A stretch of DNA of 64,000 nucleotides, taken from contig OZ244197.1 of NCBI GenBank assembly GCA_965216785.1, forward strand, positions 1,120,001 through 1,184,000, given 5' to 3'. Positions within the stretch are counted from its first letter, which is position 1; every line of letters begins with the position of its first letter. The notes beneath the pieces are model-generated. The model did not search any database. It worked only from the letters and a program-made list of their open reading frames with translations, and was not told the origin of the DNA. Source of the DNA: Thermodesulfobacteriota bacterium (GTDB lineage Bacteria; Desulfobacterota_D; UBA1144; Nemesobacterales; UBA2774). A program made the translations under genes and the position numbers. Positions 10,842-20,769 of this stretch are shown here, in pieces.

Positions 10842-11450
10842 ATGCCTTATGAGTTACCCAAGCTACCCTATGATTACAGCGCTTTAGAACCACATATAGA
10901 CGCGCGAACGATGGAGATTCACCATACCAAGCATCATCAGACTTATGTTAATAATTTAAATGCGGCTATCGAGAAACATCCAGAACAAGGCGAGCGGAGT
11001 CTTGAGGACTTGCTTTCTGACTTAAGCAGCGTACCTGAGGACATAAGGGGAGCCGTACGCAACAGCGGAGGGGGACACGCGAACCACAGTCTTTTTTGGG
11101 AAATAATGAGCCCGAGCGGTACAGAGCCTTCAGGGGAGCTTCTAGAGGCTATAAATTCATCCTTTGGGAGCTTGGACGCTTTTAAGGAGGAATTTGCGAA
11201 AGCGGCTGCTACAAGATTCGGAAGCGGTTGGGCGTGGCTGTCTTTGGACGGGAGCGGTAAATTAGTAGTGACATCGACCCCTAATCAGGACAATCCCGTC
11301 TCTGATGGTTTAAAGCCAATACTCGGACTAGATGTGTGGGAGCACGCATATTATCTTAATTATCAGAACCGGAGGCCCGATTATATCGCAGCTTGGTGGA
11401 ACGTGGTTAATTGGGATAAGGTAGAAGAAAATTTCAATGCAGCAAAATAG
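10842..11450 (+). CDS. sodA: Superoxide dismutase (Mn/Fe)
   Basis: [25 protein letters not shown]; GGAGGAG RBS. Confidence 0.95.
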   Translation: MPYELPKLPYDYSALEPHIDARTMEIHHTKHHQTYVNNLNAAIEKHPEQGERSLEDLLSDLSSVPEDIRGAVRNSGGGHANHSLFWEIMSPSGTEPSGELLEAINSSFGSLDAFKEEFAKAAATRFGSGWAWLSLDGSGKLVVTSTPNQDNPVSDGLKPILGLDVWEHAYYLNYQNRRPDYIAAWWNVVNWDKVEENFNAAK

Positions 11451-11722
11451 GTTGAATTAATTTTTAGAATTTGATAGAATGGCGGTAACCGGAAGATGGA
11501 TCAGTATTTGCAGTGCCTATTTTTGTTATAAGGTTGAGGTTTAATCTGGTGTTTCGTTGCTAAATATAGATAAATAAAGAGCGCGAAATTTACGCTGTTT
11601 ATTTTGGAGGTTGAGGATTTCCCCACCCCATACGTTGCTTAGGTTTAAAGACGAACTAAAGAGTGGAATCTCATATCTAGAGCTGTATATAAGATCTAAA
11701 ATAACTCTTAAAGGAAGAGGGT

Positions 11723-12904
11723 ATGGAGACAAAATTTAAAGAGTTTGACGATTCTGTAACTGTTGGTGATTTTGAGGAGTTTTCAGAGGAACAAGAGGAT
11801 GTTAGCAATGTAAAGCGCATCGATAGCTACATGCAGGAAGAGGATTCAGAAAACGGTTACACTCCCCCTGGTTCAAGAACAAAATCCAAATCAAACGATA
11901 CTCCCGACGAGCAGCTCAGACTCCTCTACGTTTACTTCAAGGACATGTCGATAGAGCCTCTATTTACCGCTCAGGAAGAGGTGGAGATTTCTGCCAAGAT
12001 TAAAAAGTGCGAGGCAAAATCAAGGGAGCTAGTGCTTATTGTAGACAGGCTAACGGTTGGAAAATTCAAGGGCGCAAGATTAAACGGTCATAGAAACGGA
12101 CGTAACGGCCACTCTCACTCTAATATACAAAAGCGCATTAAGAGCTTAAACGGTTTCATCAAAGCCTATTCTGAGAACGCTAAGAGGCTTAAGCAGAGGT
12201 TTGTGAAGGCAAATCTAAGGCTCGTAATAACGATATCCAGAAAGTACATGGGACGTGGTCTACCTCTGTCGGATCTTATCCAAGAGGGTAATATGGGGCT
12301 TATGAGAGCTGTAGAGCGTTTTGATCACAGAAAAGGGTTTAAGTTCTCAACCTACGCTTCATGGTGGATACACCAGGCAATACTGAGAGCGCTTCAAGGG
12401 CAGACCAGAACGATTAAAGTGCCTGTATACCTGCTTGAGCAGGCGAACCGCGTATATAAGGTAAACGCAATATTGGCAAAGCAGTTTGGAAGAAAGCCCA
12501 CACCAAAGGAGATCTCCCGTAAATCCGGTATTTCCGTAGAAGTAGTAAAGCGCATATTGAGATCGACCAAGGACGCTATCAGCTTGGATACTCCGCTCCT
12601 TGACGGAGAGAAGACGACGCTCCTTGATTCTATAGCGGACAATGAAACGGTAATCCCCGACACCCTAGTCGCCAAGTCCGACCTTACGGATAAGCTGAGA
12701 GAAGCGCTTACGCTTTTAAACCCGAGAGAGGAAGAGATTCTGAGGCTCCGCTTCGGTATAGAGCAGCAGAGCACCTATACTTTAGATGAGATCGGGAAGC
12801 GTTTTAATCTGACGCGTGAGAGGATACGGCAGATCGAAAAAGCGGCACTCGGGAAACTGGCCAATTCTGAAGTAAAAGACCATCTTGAAAGTTTTTTAAA
12901 ATAG
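11723..12904 (+). CDS. Sigma-70 family (RpoD/RpoS-like) sigma factor
   Basis: ANLRLV, DLIQEGNMGLMRAVERFD, FSTYASWWI, TLDEIG...TRERIRQIE. Confidence 0.92.
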   Translation: METKFKEFDDSVTVGDFEEFSEEQEDVSNVKRIDSYMQEEDSENGYTPPGSRTKSKSNDTPDEQLRLLYVYFKDMSIEPLFTAQEEVEISAKIKKCEAKSRELVLIVDRLTVGKFKGARLNGHRNGRNGHSHSNIQKRIKSLNGFIKAYSENAKRLKQRFVKANLRLVITISRKYMGRGLPLSDLIQEGNMGLMRAVERFDHRKGFKFSTYASWWIHQAILRALQGQTRTIKVPVYLLEQANRVYKVNAILAKQFGRKPTPKEISRKSGISVEVVKRILRSTKDAISLDTPLLDGEKTTLLDSIADNETVIPDTLVAKSDLTDKLREALTLLNPREEEILRLRFGIEQQSTYTLDEIGKRFNLTRERIRQIEKAALGKLANSEVKDHLESFLK

Positions 12905-13066
12905 GGGCGCCTTAATTAGCTTTGCCGGGTTTTAGCTCAGCTCAGTGCAATGCGGCGCTTTCCTTTTTTCTATGCTGGAGTTTCTTTCAGGCTTATTAGG
13001 GGCTGTTTGAGATGCTTCCGACAGCTCTCCGCCCGGTAGGCTATCTATCAATCCGTCTGAATAACC

Positions 13067-13387
13067 CTAATCTAATATGCCGCCTATGATTGCGCCCAGA
13101 AGTAGCGGGCCTACGTTTGAGAGTACTAGTATAAACCCGCCGGTGCCAGCAACAAAGCCTATGAGAGGGGCTCCTGTAAGTGTCGATGCAAAAGCAAACA
13201 GCAGTATTCCCAGCACTACGGCCGGGAGGAATACGGCCATGAGAGCGTTTTCTACGTTACCCGCTTTTTTCCCGCCAACTATGCCAGCTATGAGCGGACC
13301 CACGAACGGGAGCCAGAAAAGGAGGATAGATATCAGGAACATCCAGAACACTCCTGAAATCACAGATCCCTTTTTCTCACTCTGCAT
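13067..13387 (-). CDS. Small integral membrane protein
   Basis: 106 aa, Gly-rich hydrophobic helices; AAGGAGG RBS. Confidence 0.75.
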   Translation of the reverse strand: MQSEKKGSVISGVFWMFLISILLFWLPFVGPLIAGIVGGKKAGNVENALMAVFLPAVVLGILLFAFASTLTGAPLIGFVAGTGGFILVLSNVGPLLLGAIIGGILD

Positions 13388-13414
13388 TCTGCCCTCCTTT
13401 ATTTCTTGTCAATT

Positions 13415-13452
13415 AAAAACCCCCAAGCTCTACTAGAGGGCTTGGGGGTTTT
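13415..13452. terminator. Intrinsic terminator downstream of nrdJ
   Basis: AAAAACCCCCAAGC...GCTTGGGGGTTTT hairpin with A/T tails. Confidence 0.75.
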
Positions 13453-13491
13453 ATATTCCAACATCCTACATTAATTTCTTTTTTTATATCT

Positions 13492-15981
13492 CTAACTGCA
13501 TTTGGAATATCCGCAGCTCCTGCACGTTACGCACCCTTGTTCAAAAGCAAGCGCACGGTCCCCGCAGTCAGGGCAGTTTTCAAGATATAAATCCGTAGCT
13601 TTTTTCGTCTCAAGCTCTGCTTGCTCGGGTGTGACAAAATGTTTCTTTAGTACTGTGGCGATCGCGTCCGGAATAGACATGACGAGCTTGCCGTCAGAGA
13701 ACACAGGTGAAGACCCCCCAATGCCTTCAAGCTGCTCGACTACTTCTTTTACGTTTACTCCGGAGCGGAGTGCGAGCGAAACGAGTCTTCCCGTTGCTTC
13801 TGCGTCCGCCATAGTGGAATAGCCGGATTTGCCGATCTGTACGAATACTTCTATGGGTTTTCCGTCCATGGTGTTGATTGTCACATATAAGTTCCCGTAG
13901 CCGGTTTTAATAACTTCGGTAAAGCCCTCAAGAAACAGAGGTCTCTTTATCGGGGTTATCTCCGGCAGCTGGGGAGAGGAGGAACGAAGGGATGAGATGG
14001 GGTTGGGGTGATGGGTTTTGTTCATCCCTTCGTTCTGGGTCTGGGTCGGAAGCTTTTTTTCTTCTTTATTTTCCTTGGCCTGCTCTTCTGTAATGAGAAT
14101 GCCTTCTCTTGAGCCTTCTCTGTAAACAGTTATACCCTTACAGCCGAGTTTCCAGGCTAGGAAGTAAATCTTTTCTACTTCATCGAGCGTAATATCGGCC
14201 GGAAGATTGACCGTGCTCGATATACATGAATCTATGTGCTTTTGAATAGCGCCCTGCATACGTACCCTCATTTCGGGTTTTATTTCGTGTGAGGTTACGA
14301 ATGTTGACGGTAGATCGCTCTCGTCGTCTATACCGAACTTCTCCATATATTTTCCTACGAGCGGATGGTATACCTTGAACTCTTCTTTGGAGAGCGATTT
14401 TGAGTGCCTGTAGTATGAGAGCGCGAATGTGGGCTCAACTCCGCTTGTGGTGCCTGCGAGCACTGAGCCGCTGCCTACAGGGGGAACAGTTAATATGCAT
14501 GCGTTTCTAAGCCCCTGGTCTTTGATTTTTTCGCCGATGCGCTCGTCTATGCTCTGTAGAAACGGTCTTGACATATGGGTGTCGAGATCAAAAGCCGGGA
14601 AACTGCCCTTTTCGGCTGCGAGGTCCGTGCTTGCCTCGTAGACTATGTTTTTGATGTGCTCAAACATCTTGTCCGCAAATTCCACAGCTTCGTTAGTGTC
14701 ATATTTTATATTGAGTTTTGCCAGCATGTCTCCAAACCCCGTGAATCCCACGCCAATGCGCCTTGAATGCGTGGAGGCTTTGGTCTGGAAATTGAGCGGG
14801 TGTTTCTTCATGTTGTAATCGAGTACGTTGTCTAAGAACCGAACGCCGTATCTAAAAGCTTTTTCCATGTTTTCCCAGTCAATTGCAGCGTTTTCGGTAA
14901 ACTCGTCTGTTACGAATGGGGAAAGGTTGATGTTGCCGAGGCAGCAGTTGCCGTAATCCTCGAGCGCTTGCTCGCTGCATGGGTTTACACCGTTTACTTC
15001 CATGCCTGCGTATTCGGTCGGGGAGAACCTCTTAACGGCGTCCCAGAAAATCACTCCGGGCTCCGCAGAAGACCAGGCGGATTTCACAAGTTTTTCCCAA
15101 ATGTCTCTAGCGCGTACTGTTTTTTTGAATTTTACTTTCTCGTTTTCAAACTTGAGCTCAAAGTCCGTGTCGGCTTCAACGGCCTCCATAAATTCATCCG
15201 ATATCTTGATCGAGATATTAGCGAACTGGACTTTTGATCTCTCCTCGTCGTTCTTAACGTCAATGAATTCAGAAATGTCCGGGTGGTTTACGTCTATCGT
15301 GATCATTAGAGCGCCGCGGCGTCCCGCCTGGCCAATTGTGCCGGTGGTTGTGGAAAGCAGGTCCATAAACGATACGGCCCCGGTGGAGTAGATCGCCGAG
15401 TTGTTCACCGGCGCTCCTTTGGGTCTTAAGATCGATATGTCTGTGCCTACGCCCCCACCGAAAGAATAGGTCCTGGCAGCCTCTTTGCACCATTCGAAAA
15501 TACCTTCGATCGAATCTTCTTTTATTGGCATGTAGTAGCAGTTAAGGAGTGTCGCTCTTCTTTCCTGCCCGGCGCCAAAGAGGATTCTGCCTCCCGGTAT
15601 GAATTTGAAATTGGATAAAAGCCAAAAGAAGTTGTCATTCCATTCTTGCTTGAGCTCTTTTGTTTTTTCGGGGGATGCTATTTCTCTTGCGACCCTGTGC
15701 CACATATCCTCAGGGGTATGCTCTACTATTTTGCCCGATTTATCTCTGAGGGCGTATTTTTCGTAAAACACTCTTGCGCGAAGCTCGTCACCGTCAAAAG
15801 CTTCTATAGTGGCTTCCGGAATTTCCATGACCCCAACGGGTTGCTTGACTACATCCTGATCTTCATCAGTACTTTCACTGAGAGTCTGTTCAAGCTCTGT
15901 ATTCAGATTCTTTTCTTCCGATAAATTCTTGGAGTTCCCGTTCCCATTGGTCTGTTCAGAGTCAAATTTCTCAGAAGCCAT
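13492..15981 (-). CDS. nrdJ: Class II (B12-dependent) ribonucleotide reductase with C-terminal TSCPD and Zn-ribbon domains
   Basis: PGGRIL, LNCY, GRRGALM, AEPGVIF, NPCSEQ, CLGNINL, KGITVYREGSR, CPDC...CRSCGYSKC. Confidence 0.93.
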   Translation of the reverse strand: MASEKFDSEQTNGNGNSKNLSEEKNLNTELEQTLSESTDEDQDVVKQPVGVMEIPEATIEAFDGDELRARVFYEKYALRDKSGKIVEHTPEDMWHRVAREIASPEKTKELKQEWNDNFFWLLSNFKFIPGGRILFGAGQERRATLLNCYYMPIKEDSIEGIFEWCKEAARTYSFGGGVGTDISILRPKGAPVNNSAIYSTGAVSFMDLLSTTTGTIGQAGRRGALMITIDVNHPDISEFIDVKNDEERSKVQFANISIKISDEFMEAVEADTDFELKFENEKVKFKKTVRARDIWEKLVKSAWSSAEPGVIFWDAVKRFSPTEYAGMEVNGVNPCSEQALEDYGNCCLGNINLSPFVTDEFTENAAIDWENMEKAFRYGVRFLDNVLDYNMKKHPLNFQTKASTHSRRIGVGFTGFGDMLAKLNIKYDTNEAVEFADKMFEHIKNIVYEASTDLAAEKGSFPAFDLDTHMSRPFLQSIDERIGEKIKDQGLRNACILTVPPVGSGSVLAGTTSGVEPTFALSYYRHSKSLSKEEFKVYHPLVGKYMEKFGIDDESDLPSTFVTSHEIKPEMRVRMQGAIQKHIDSCISSTVNLPADITLDEVEKIYFLAWKLGCKGITVYREGSREGILITEEQAKENKEEKKLPTQTQNEGMNKTHHPNPISSLRSSSPQLPEITPIKRPLFLEGFTEVIKTGYGNLYVTINTMDGKPIEVFVQIGKSGYSTMADAEATGRLVSLALRSGVNVKEVVEQLEGIGGSSPVFSDGKLVMSIPDAIATVLKKHFVTPEQAELETKKATDLYLENCPDCGDRALAFEQGCVTCRSCGYSKCS

Positions 15982-16008
15982 TCATACATCCTCCTATCTC
16001 GATTGGTT

Positions 16009-16062
16009 GTGTAATATCTTGTGCTATGAATCGATTGAACCACAATATGTTGTGGTTGTCAA
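16009..16062 (-). promoter_or_regulatory. Tandem NrdR boxes overlapping the nrdJ promoter
   Basis: GTGTAATATCTTGTGC (16009-16024) and CCACAATATGTTGTGG (16040-16055), 31 bp apart, matching acaCwAtATaTwGtgt; minus-strand TTGACA at 16062-16057. Confidence 0.8.
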
Positions 16063-16395
16063 TAGGCTATTTTGGGGTATTTTTGAAATGAAAAACAAAA
16101 TCAAATGAAATCAGCGGGTTATAATACGAAAAAATTTTTCGCCGATAAAAAATAATTGTAAAAAACAGTTTGGGCGATATTCTTAAAGTTTAATTTGAAT
16201 ATAGTTCAAGGCAATTCTGAGGTTTGGTTCAGGCTGCGTATCGAAGATTTTTTTTGGTTCAAAAATAGGTTCGATCAGGATAGCATTTTTTTATCTTTTT
16301 GGCAAGAGGATAAGAAAAATATTTTTAAGATTGTGTTAATATGGGGTTAATATACGGTTTAGATATAATAAATACTCTGATGTAGGACTTCCATT

Positions 16396-17037
16396 ATGAA
16401 TATTCCTAACATAGGCAATTCCACACTATCGAGTGAGACCACAGATAAAGTCTTAGGCTTTTGGTTTGGTGAATTAAAAGAAGGGGAAGTGCCAGGGGGT
16501 GAGTACAGAGAGCGCTGGTGGCTTAAAGACGCAGCAATAGATAGTTTGATAAAAGAGGTGTTTCAAAGGGATCTTGAAGCAGTAAAAACTCTTAAGGTGG
16601 AGGATTTTACGTTGACGCCGAGGGGAAGCCTTGCGCTCATCATACTCCTGGACCAGTTCTCGCGCAATATTTATAGAGACACGCCCGCTGCGTTTTCTCA
16701 GGACAAGCTCGCCCTTAATATCGCCCTCACAGGGTTAGAAATGGATCTTGACGCAGGGCTTCACCCATTTGAGCGGATATTTTACTATATGCCCCTTATG
16801 CATTCAGAGGATCCGCAAATACAGAGCCTATCCCTTAAATGTTTTGTAAATCTTGAGAACGAATACCCAGAGCCTCCCGAACTCCATGAGAAACTGCACG
16901 GTTCCAGGGAGTACGCACAAAAGCACGCCCGGATTATAGAACGGTTCGGACGCTATCCTCACCGAAATGAAATACTGGGAAGAGAATCGACTAAAGAAGA
17001 GAAAGAATTTCTGTCAGAGCCCGGCTCATCATTTTGA
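16396..17037 (+). CDS. DUF924 family protein
   Basis: FWF...IILLDQFSRNIYR...FYYMPLMHSE...IIERFGRYPHRN...GRESTKEE. Confidence 0.9.
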   Translation: MNIPNIGNSTLSSETTDKVLGFWFGELKEGEVPGGEYRERWWLKDAAIDSLIKEVFQRDLEAVKTLKVEDFTLTPRGSLALIILLDQFSRNIYRDTPAAFSQDKLALNIALTGLEMDLDAGLHPFERIFYYMPLMHSEDPQIQSLSLKCFVNLENEYPEPPELHEKLHGSREYAQKHARIIERFGRYPHRNEILGRESTKEEKEFLSEPGSSF

Positions 17038-17403
17038 GTTTGAATTCTCTGTGTAGTGAGCTATGACCTTACTTATTTTTCCCTCATCATTGAGCATCAT
17101 GACTTCGGCGGCCAGCATGTCTTTTACACTCTTGTAGAATAACGTGATGCTGTTCACTCCGCTCAGAACCCGGAGCAGCTCGAATTTAAGCTCAGGGTAC
17201 GCGCTAAGGCCCACCCCGAAATATTCTCTCAGACGGTCTTTACCGTAAATAGTGCCCGATTGCTCTCCCAAGAGTTTGACTACGAAGGGGGAAGTAAATT
17301 CCACATCGTCAGAATAATGGGATAAGATGGAATCTAAGTCGTGGCTGTTCCAAGACTGTATCCACTCTTGGGCAGTACACGCGCTCTTTTCTAAAGTGAC
17401 CAT
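17029..17403 (-). CDS. SnoaL/NTF2-like protein
   Basis: WIQSWNSHDLDSILSHYSDDVEFTSP. Confidence 0.85.
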   Translation of the reverse strand: MVTLEKSACTAQEWIQSWNSHDLDSILSHYSDDVEFTSPFVVKLLGEQSGTIYGKDRLREYFGVGLSAYPELKFELLRVLSGVNSITLFYKSVKDMLAAEVMMLNDEGKISKVIAHYTENSNSK

Positions 17404-17495
17404 TTTGCTTAACTGGAAAGGTATATATCAGATGTTTTTACATATTCCCCACTCTCCCCGTAAAGATAGAAGAGAGCGGGGGCTTTTTAACTTAC

Positions 17496-17918
17496 TTATA
17501 GGTTGGCTTGAATCTTGTTCAGAATGTATCTGGACAGGGCTTCGTCTCCGAAGGTGTCTACACGAATTTTAATCTCCGTTAGATTGTCGGCGATTCTTTT
17601 AAGCTCTATATGTACGGTTTTGTTATCCGCTGTTTGGCATTTTAGCTCCGCGGACACGGCGTCCTTTACCTTATTGATTACGATAAACTGCAGCTCGTCT
17701 ATAGCTGTTACTGTAGCCGCCCATGTCTCGTCTATCGAATGTCCTTCGGTCGCTTTTAGCTCCCCTTTTATATAGGCAATGGTCCCTGCTCCCGCTACTG
17801 CTCCGCCGCCTACCGCCGCTGCGGCAAGGCATCCTGTCAGGATAAGCGGGCTTATAGCCAGCATGAGAGCTAATATTACTGCTTGCTTCGTTAATTTTTT
17901 ACTCCCCTCGGGTTTCAT
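17496..17918 (-). CDS. DUF3568-like lipoprotein
   Basis: Lipobox LTGC, GGGAVAGAG...YIKGEL, TEIKIRVDTFGDE. Confidence 0.8.
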   Translation of the reverse strand: MKPEGSKKLTKQAVILALMLAISPLILTGCLAAAAVGGGAVAGAGTIAYIKGELKATEGHSIDETWAATVTAIDELQFIVINKVKDAVSAELKCQTADNKTVHIELKRIADNLTEIKIRVDTFGDEALSRYILNKIQANL

Positions 17919-18106
17919 TAGAGCCTCCTTACTATGGAATCTGGGTTTTAAATATCAAGTATATCCGGTGATGGTTCAAAAAGACAACACTAATAATCTC
18001 TGCGGCGCCCGGGTGTTTTATATCACTTTTAATTTATTGCGGCTTTTCTTATATAATATTCGGATATGTTTATCGCTTACCCGTTTTTGAGTGGAGGTAA
18101 TACTAA

Positions 18107-19462
18107 ATGAGTCCAAAGGCAAGCCCTCCGGGACCGAGCTCAAAAACGCTACTAGGAAAAATCCCCGGATCGTTTGCTAACCCGGCAGAATTTCTACTGG
18201 GTCTCAAGCGTGAGTACGGCGATCTCACATGCCTTAAGCTCGGGATAAAAAACGTATATTTGATCGGAAGCGCCGAGTTCGCACAGGACATTCTGGAAAC
18301 ACGGCAGGACGAGTTCTCAAACTGGATTTCATGGTTCATTAAAAAGGCAGGAATCCTAGAGGGTGAGGGGCTGATTGCTACGGAGTCTGTCGGGCACGCG
18401 CCCCGCCGAGCCCTCGTTGGCCCGAGTTTCACACGAGAAAATGTTTCTAAATATACAGATGCGATAATATCTTACGGACTAAGCCAAAGAGAGCTTTGGG
18501 ATCCGGGACAACCGAGCGATATGGAAAAGGACATGGGAAGGCTTACGCTTTCTATAGTCCTTAAAACTTTATTTGATTTGGATCTGGACACAGACGGTAA
18601 AAAGATCGGGGAAGTTATAAACAGACTAATGGTTCATTACAACGCTGTGTTCCCGCCTGTGCTCCTTGCTCAGTCGGTTCTTCGACATTTGCCTCGGAAC
18701 CATGTGCGCGGGCTCATTATAGAGCTGAGCGAAGTTAGCAAAATAATATACGGAATCATAGAAGAGCGGAAGAAAAACTCAGAAGAAAAGGGCGATCTAC
18801 TCTCCTCGATGATGGCGGCGCGCTCAAATGATGAAGAGCTTCCTCGAATGACGGATACGCAACTGCGGGATGAATGCGTTTCAATGTTACTTGCTGGTCA
18901 CGACCCTATGGCTAAAGCCCTCACATGGACCTGGTATCTGCTTTCTCAAAACCCTGAGGCTGAGCGGTGTTTGCATGATGAAATAGATACTGCCCTAGGC
19001 GGGAGAGTCCCGGGTCTTCAGGATATCGAGAGACTTCCATATACTCAAAGAGTGTTCAGAGAGTCTATGCGTCTATACCCGCCGGTCTGGATGATAATAA
19101 GACAAAGCCTAATAGACCTTAAGATCGGGGGATATGATACGCCCAAAGGGTCATTGTTTCTCGTAAGCCCCTACATTCTTCAAAGAGACCCGCGCTATTT
19201 CCCGGATCCGCTTTTATTTAGACCCAATAGGTGGCAAGGCAGGGTCGAGGAGTCCGGGCTCTCATACTTTCCCTTCGGAGGTGGCAGGCGCATATGCACA
19301 GGTGAGCCGATGTCCTGGATACAGGGGGTTTTACTGACTGCTATAATCGCTCAACACTGGAGTTTCGAGCTTGCTCCCGGGCAAGTCGTCGAACCTAAGC
19401 CTCAGATTACACTCGGCACAAAATACGGGGTCAGAATGGTACCCCGGAAGAGAGATTACTGA
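18107..19462 (+). CDS. Cytochrome P450
   Basis: Heme-thiolate motif FPFGGGRRICTG, ExxR (ESMR), I-helix AGHDP. Confidence 0.93.
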   Translation: MSPKASPPGPSSKTLLGKIPGSFANPAEFLLGLKREYGDLTCLKLGIKNVYLIGSAEFAQDILETRQDEFSNWISWFIKKAGILEGEGLIATESVGHAPRRALVGPSFTRENVSKYTDAIISYGLSQRELWDPGQPSDMEKDMGRLTLSIVLKTLFDLDLDTDGKKIGEVINRLMVHYNAVFPPVLLAQSVLRHLPRNHVRGLIIELSEVSKIIYGIIEERKKNSEEKGDLLSSMMAARSNDEELPRMTDTQLRDECVSMLLAGHDPMAKALTWTWYLLSQNPEAERCLHDEIDTALGGRVPGLQDIERLPYTQRVFRESMRLYPPVWMIIRQSLIDLKIGGYDTPKGSLFLVSPYILQRDPRYFPDPLLFRPNRWQGRVEESGLSYFPFGGGRRICTGEPMSWIQGVLLTAIIAQHWSFELAPGQVVEPKPQITLGTKYGVRMVPRKRDY

Positions 19463-19586
19463 TTCTCCTCCTATTTACGCTTAAATAATGCTGCTTATGA
19501 TACCAATATAAGCATATATGTATTGAATTATCCTCCCTGCCTAATTAGAATTAGAATATCCCTCGTTTATTGCATAACGGCGCGCT

Positions 19587-20747
19587 ATGAAAATGCCTAA
19601 AGAAGGAATTCCCGGAGTCTATCACATAACTTACGGCGGCGGTTTTAAGGCCAAGCTCGGAGATTATTTAACGGAAGACGGGCACCTTGCCTGCTTTGAC
19701 ACTAAAGCCGAAGCAATAAGAGCAGTCCGAATGAGGCAGACTCATAATTTTGATTCCGAGGACTATGCTGTCGTTAGGGAAGGTAGTGGGTTCGCGGTAA
19801 GAAAGATTCATACCGTAAATGATCCGATTGCAGACGATATCGATACTTTGAAGGATCTTGATAGCGTGGTTCTATCCGATCAGGGTAAAACCGTAATCGC
19901 CTCTGTCATCGCTGACACTGGTGAAGTGAAGAATTTTCTCCCGCTTCCCAAATGGAAACAAGCCCGTGAAATAAATAGCGTAGAGGAAGTATGGGAGAGG
20001 CTTGAGGATATGCATGAAGAGCTCTCACACCGAGGGGACCACCGGGCCGTGTTCCCATGCAGCTACATTGCGACTACAAAGAAGGCGAGCGTCGTAATAG
20101 AATCGATCCGAAATAAAAATCACCCGGATCACCGAAAATTCAGAGAGCTCGATGACAACCTTATCGAAAATATAGTGATAGAGTTTGCAAAATTCTACTT
20201 TGAAGCTTTTGATAATTATGAAAGTGGGGAACGCTCAAAGGTGCCGCCCGTGTGGAGAGTTAATTTTGACGAAGCCAAGGCTCAGACTACTAGCGTGGTA
20301 GAGGATATGCTGCTTGGTTATAACGCTCATATGAGCTATGACCTTAGTATTATCCTCGCTAAAAAGCTTCCGGACGGAAAACCGCTTTATGACCCGGAGG
20401 ACTCAAAACAGGTAAATACTTTTAATGCGTTCAATCGTATATTAATAGAAGAGACGGATACGATAATAGGTTATGTAACGGAAATTGATGACAGGCTTGG
20501 AGGCAGATCGACCGAGGTAATAACATCGGGAAAGGCTATCGGCGTAAAGCTCCTTGGAGAAGGGGGGCTTGAGGATATGCTCCTAAAGCTCTTCTCAAAG
20601 GCGCGGGAGGAAGCCGAAGAAAACAGCAAAGCGCTTATGGAAGGCCGGATTACCCAGGAAGAGTTTGCAGAGAAAATCACTAAACGCGCCAGGGCAATTG
20701 GGCGGATGCTGCCCAATAGCGGCCGTATATTCGATAAAGAGAGCTAG
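19587..20747 (+). CDS. Protein with C-terminal DUF5995-like domain
   Basis: DHRAVF..SY...FAKFYFEAF...VPPVWRVNF...LLGYNAHMSYDL. Confidence 0.65.
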   Translation: MKMPKEGIPGVYHITYGGGFKAKLGDYLTEDGHLACFDTKAEAIRAVRMRQTHNFDSEDYAVVREGSGFAVRKIHTVNDPIADDIDTLKDLDSVVLSDQGKTVIASVIADTGEVKNFLPLPKWKQAREINSVEEVWERLEDMHEELSHRGDHRAVFPCSYIATTKKASVVIESIRNKNHPDHRKFRELDDNLIENIVIEFAKFYFEAFDNYESGERSKVPPVWRVNFDEAKAQTTSVVEDMLLGYNAHMSYDLSIILAKKLPDGKPLYDPEDSKQVNTFNAFNRILIEETDTIIGYVTEIDDRLGGRSTEVITSGKAIGVKLLGEGGLEDMLLKLFSKAREEAEENSKALMEGRITQEEFAEKITKRARAIGRMLPNSGRIFDKES

Positions 20748-20769
20748 TTATAGATCACGAGAGCAAAAT

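Noticed and set aside
13492-15981. Possible intein or intron in nrdJ
   Set aside because: Continuous frame with no intein termini or homing-endonuclease motifs; the extra length is explained by the TSCPD/Zn-ribbon tail
20665-20769. TTG start for the first SLOG-SLATT gene
   Set aside because: Overlaps the upstream gene by 83 nt; ATG 20770 fits the domain start
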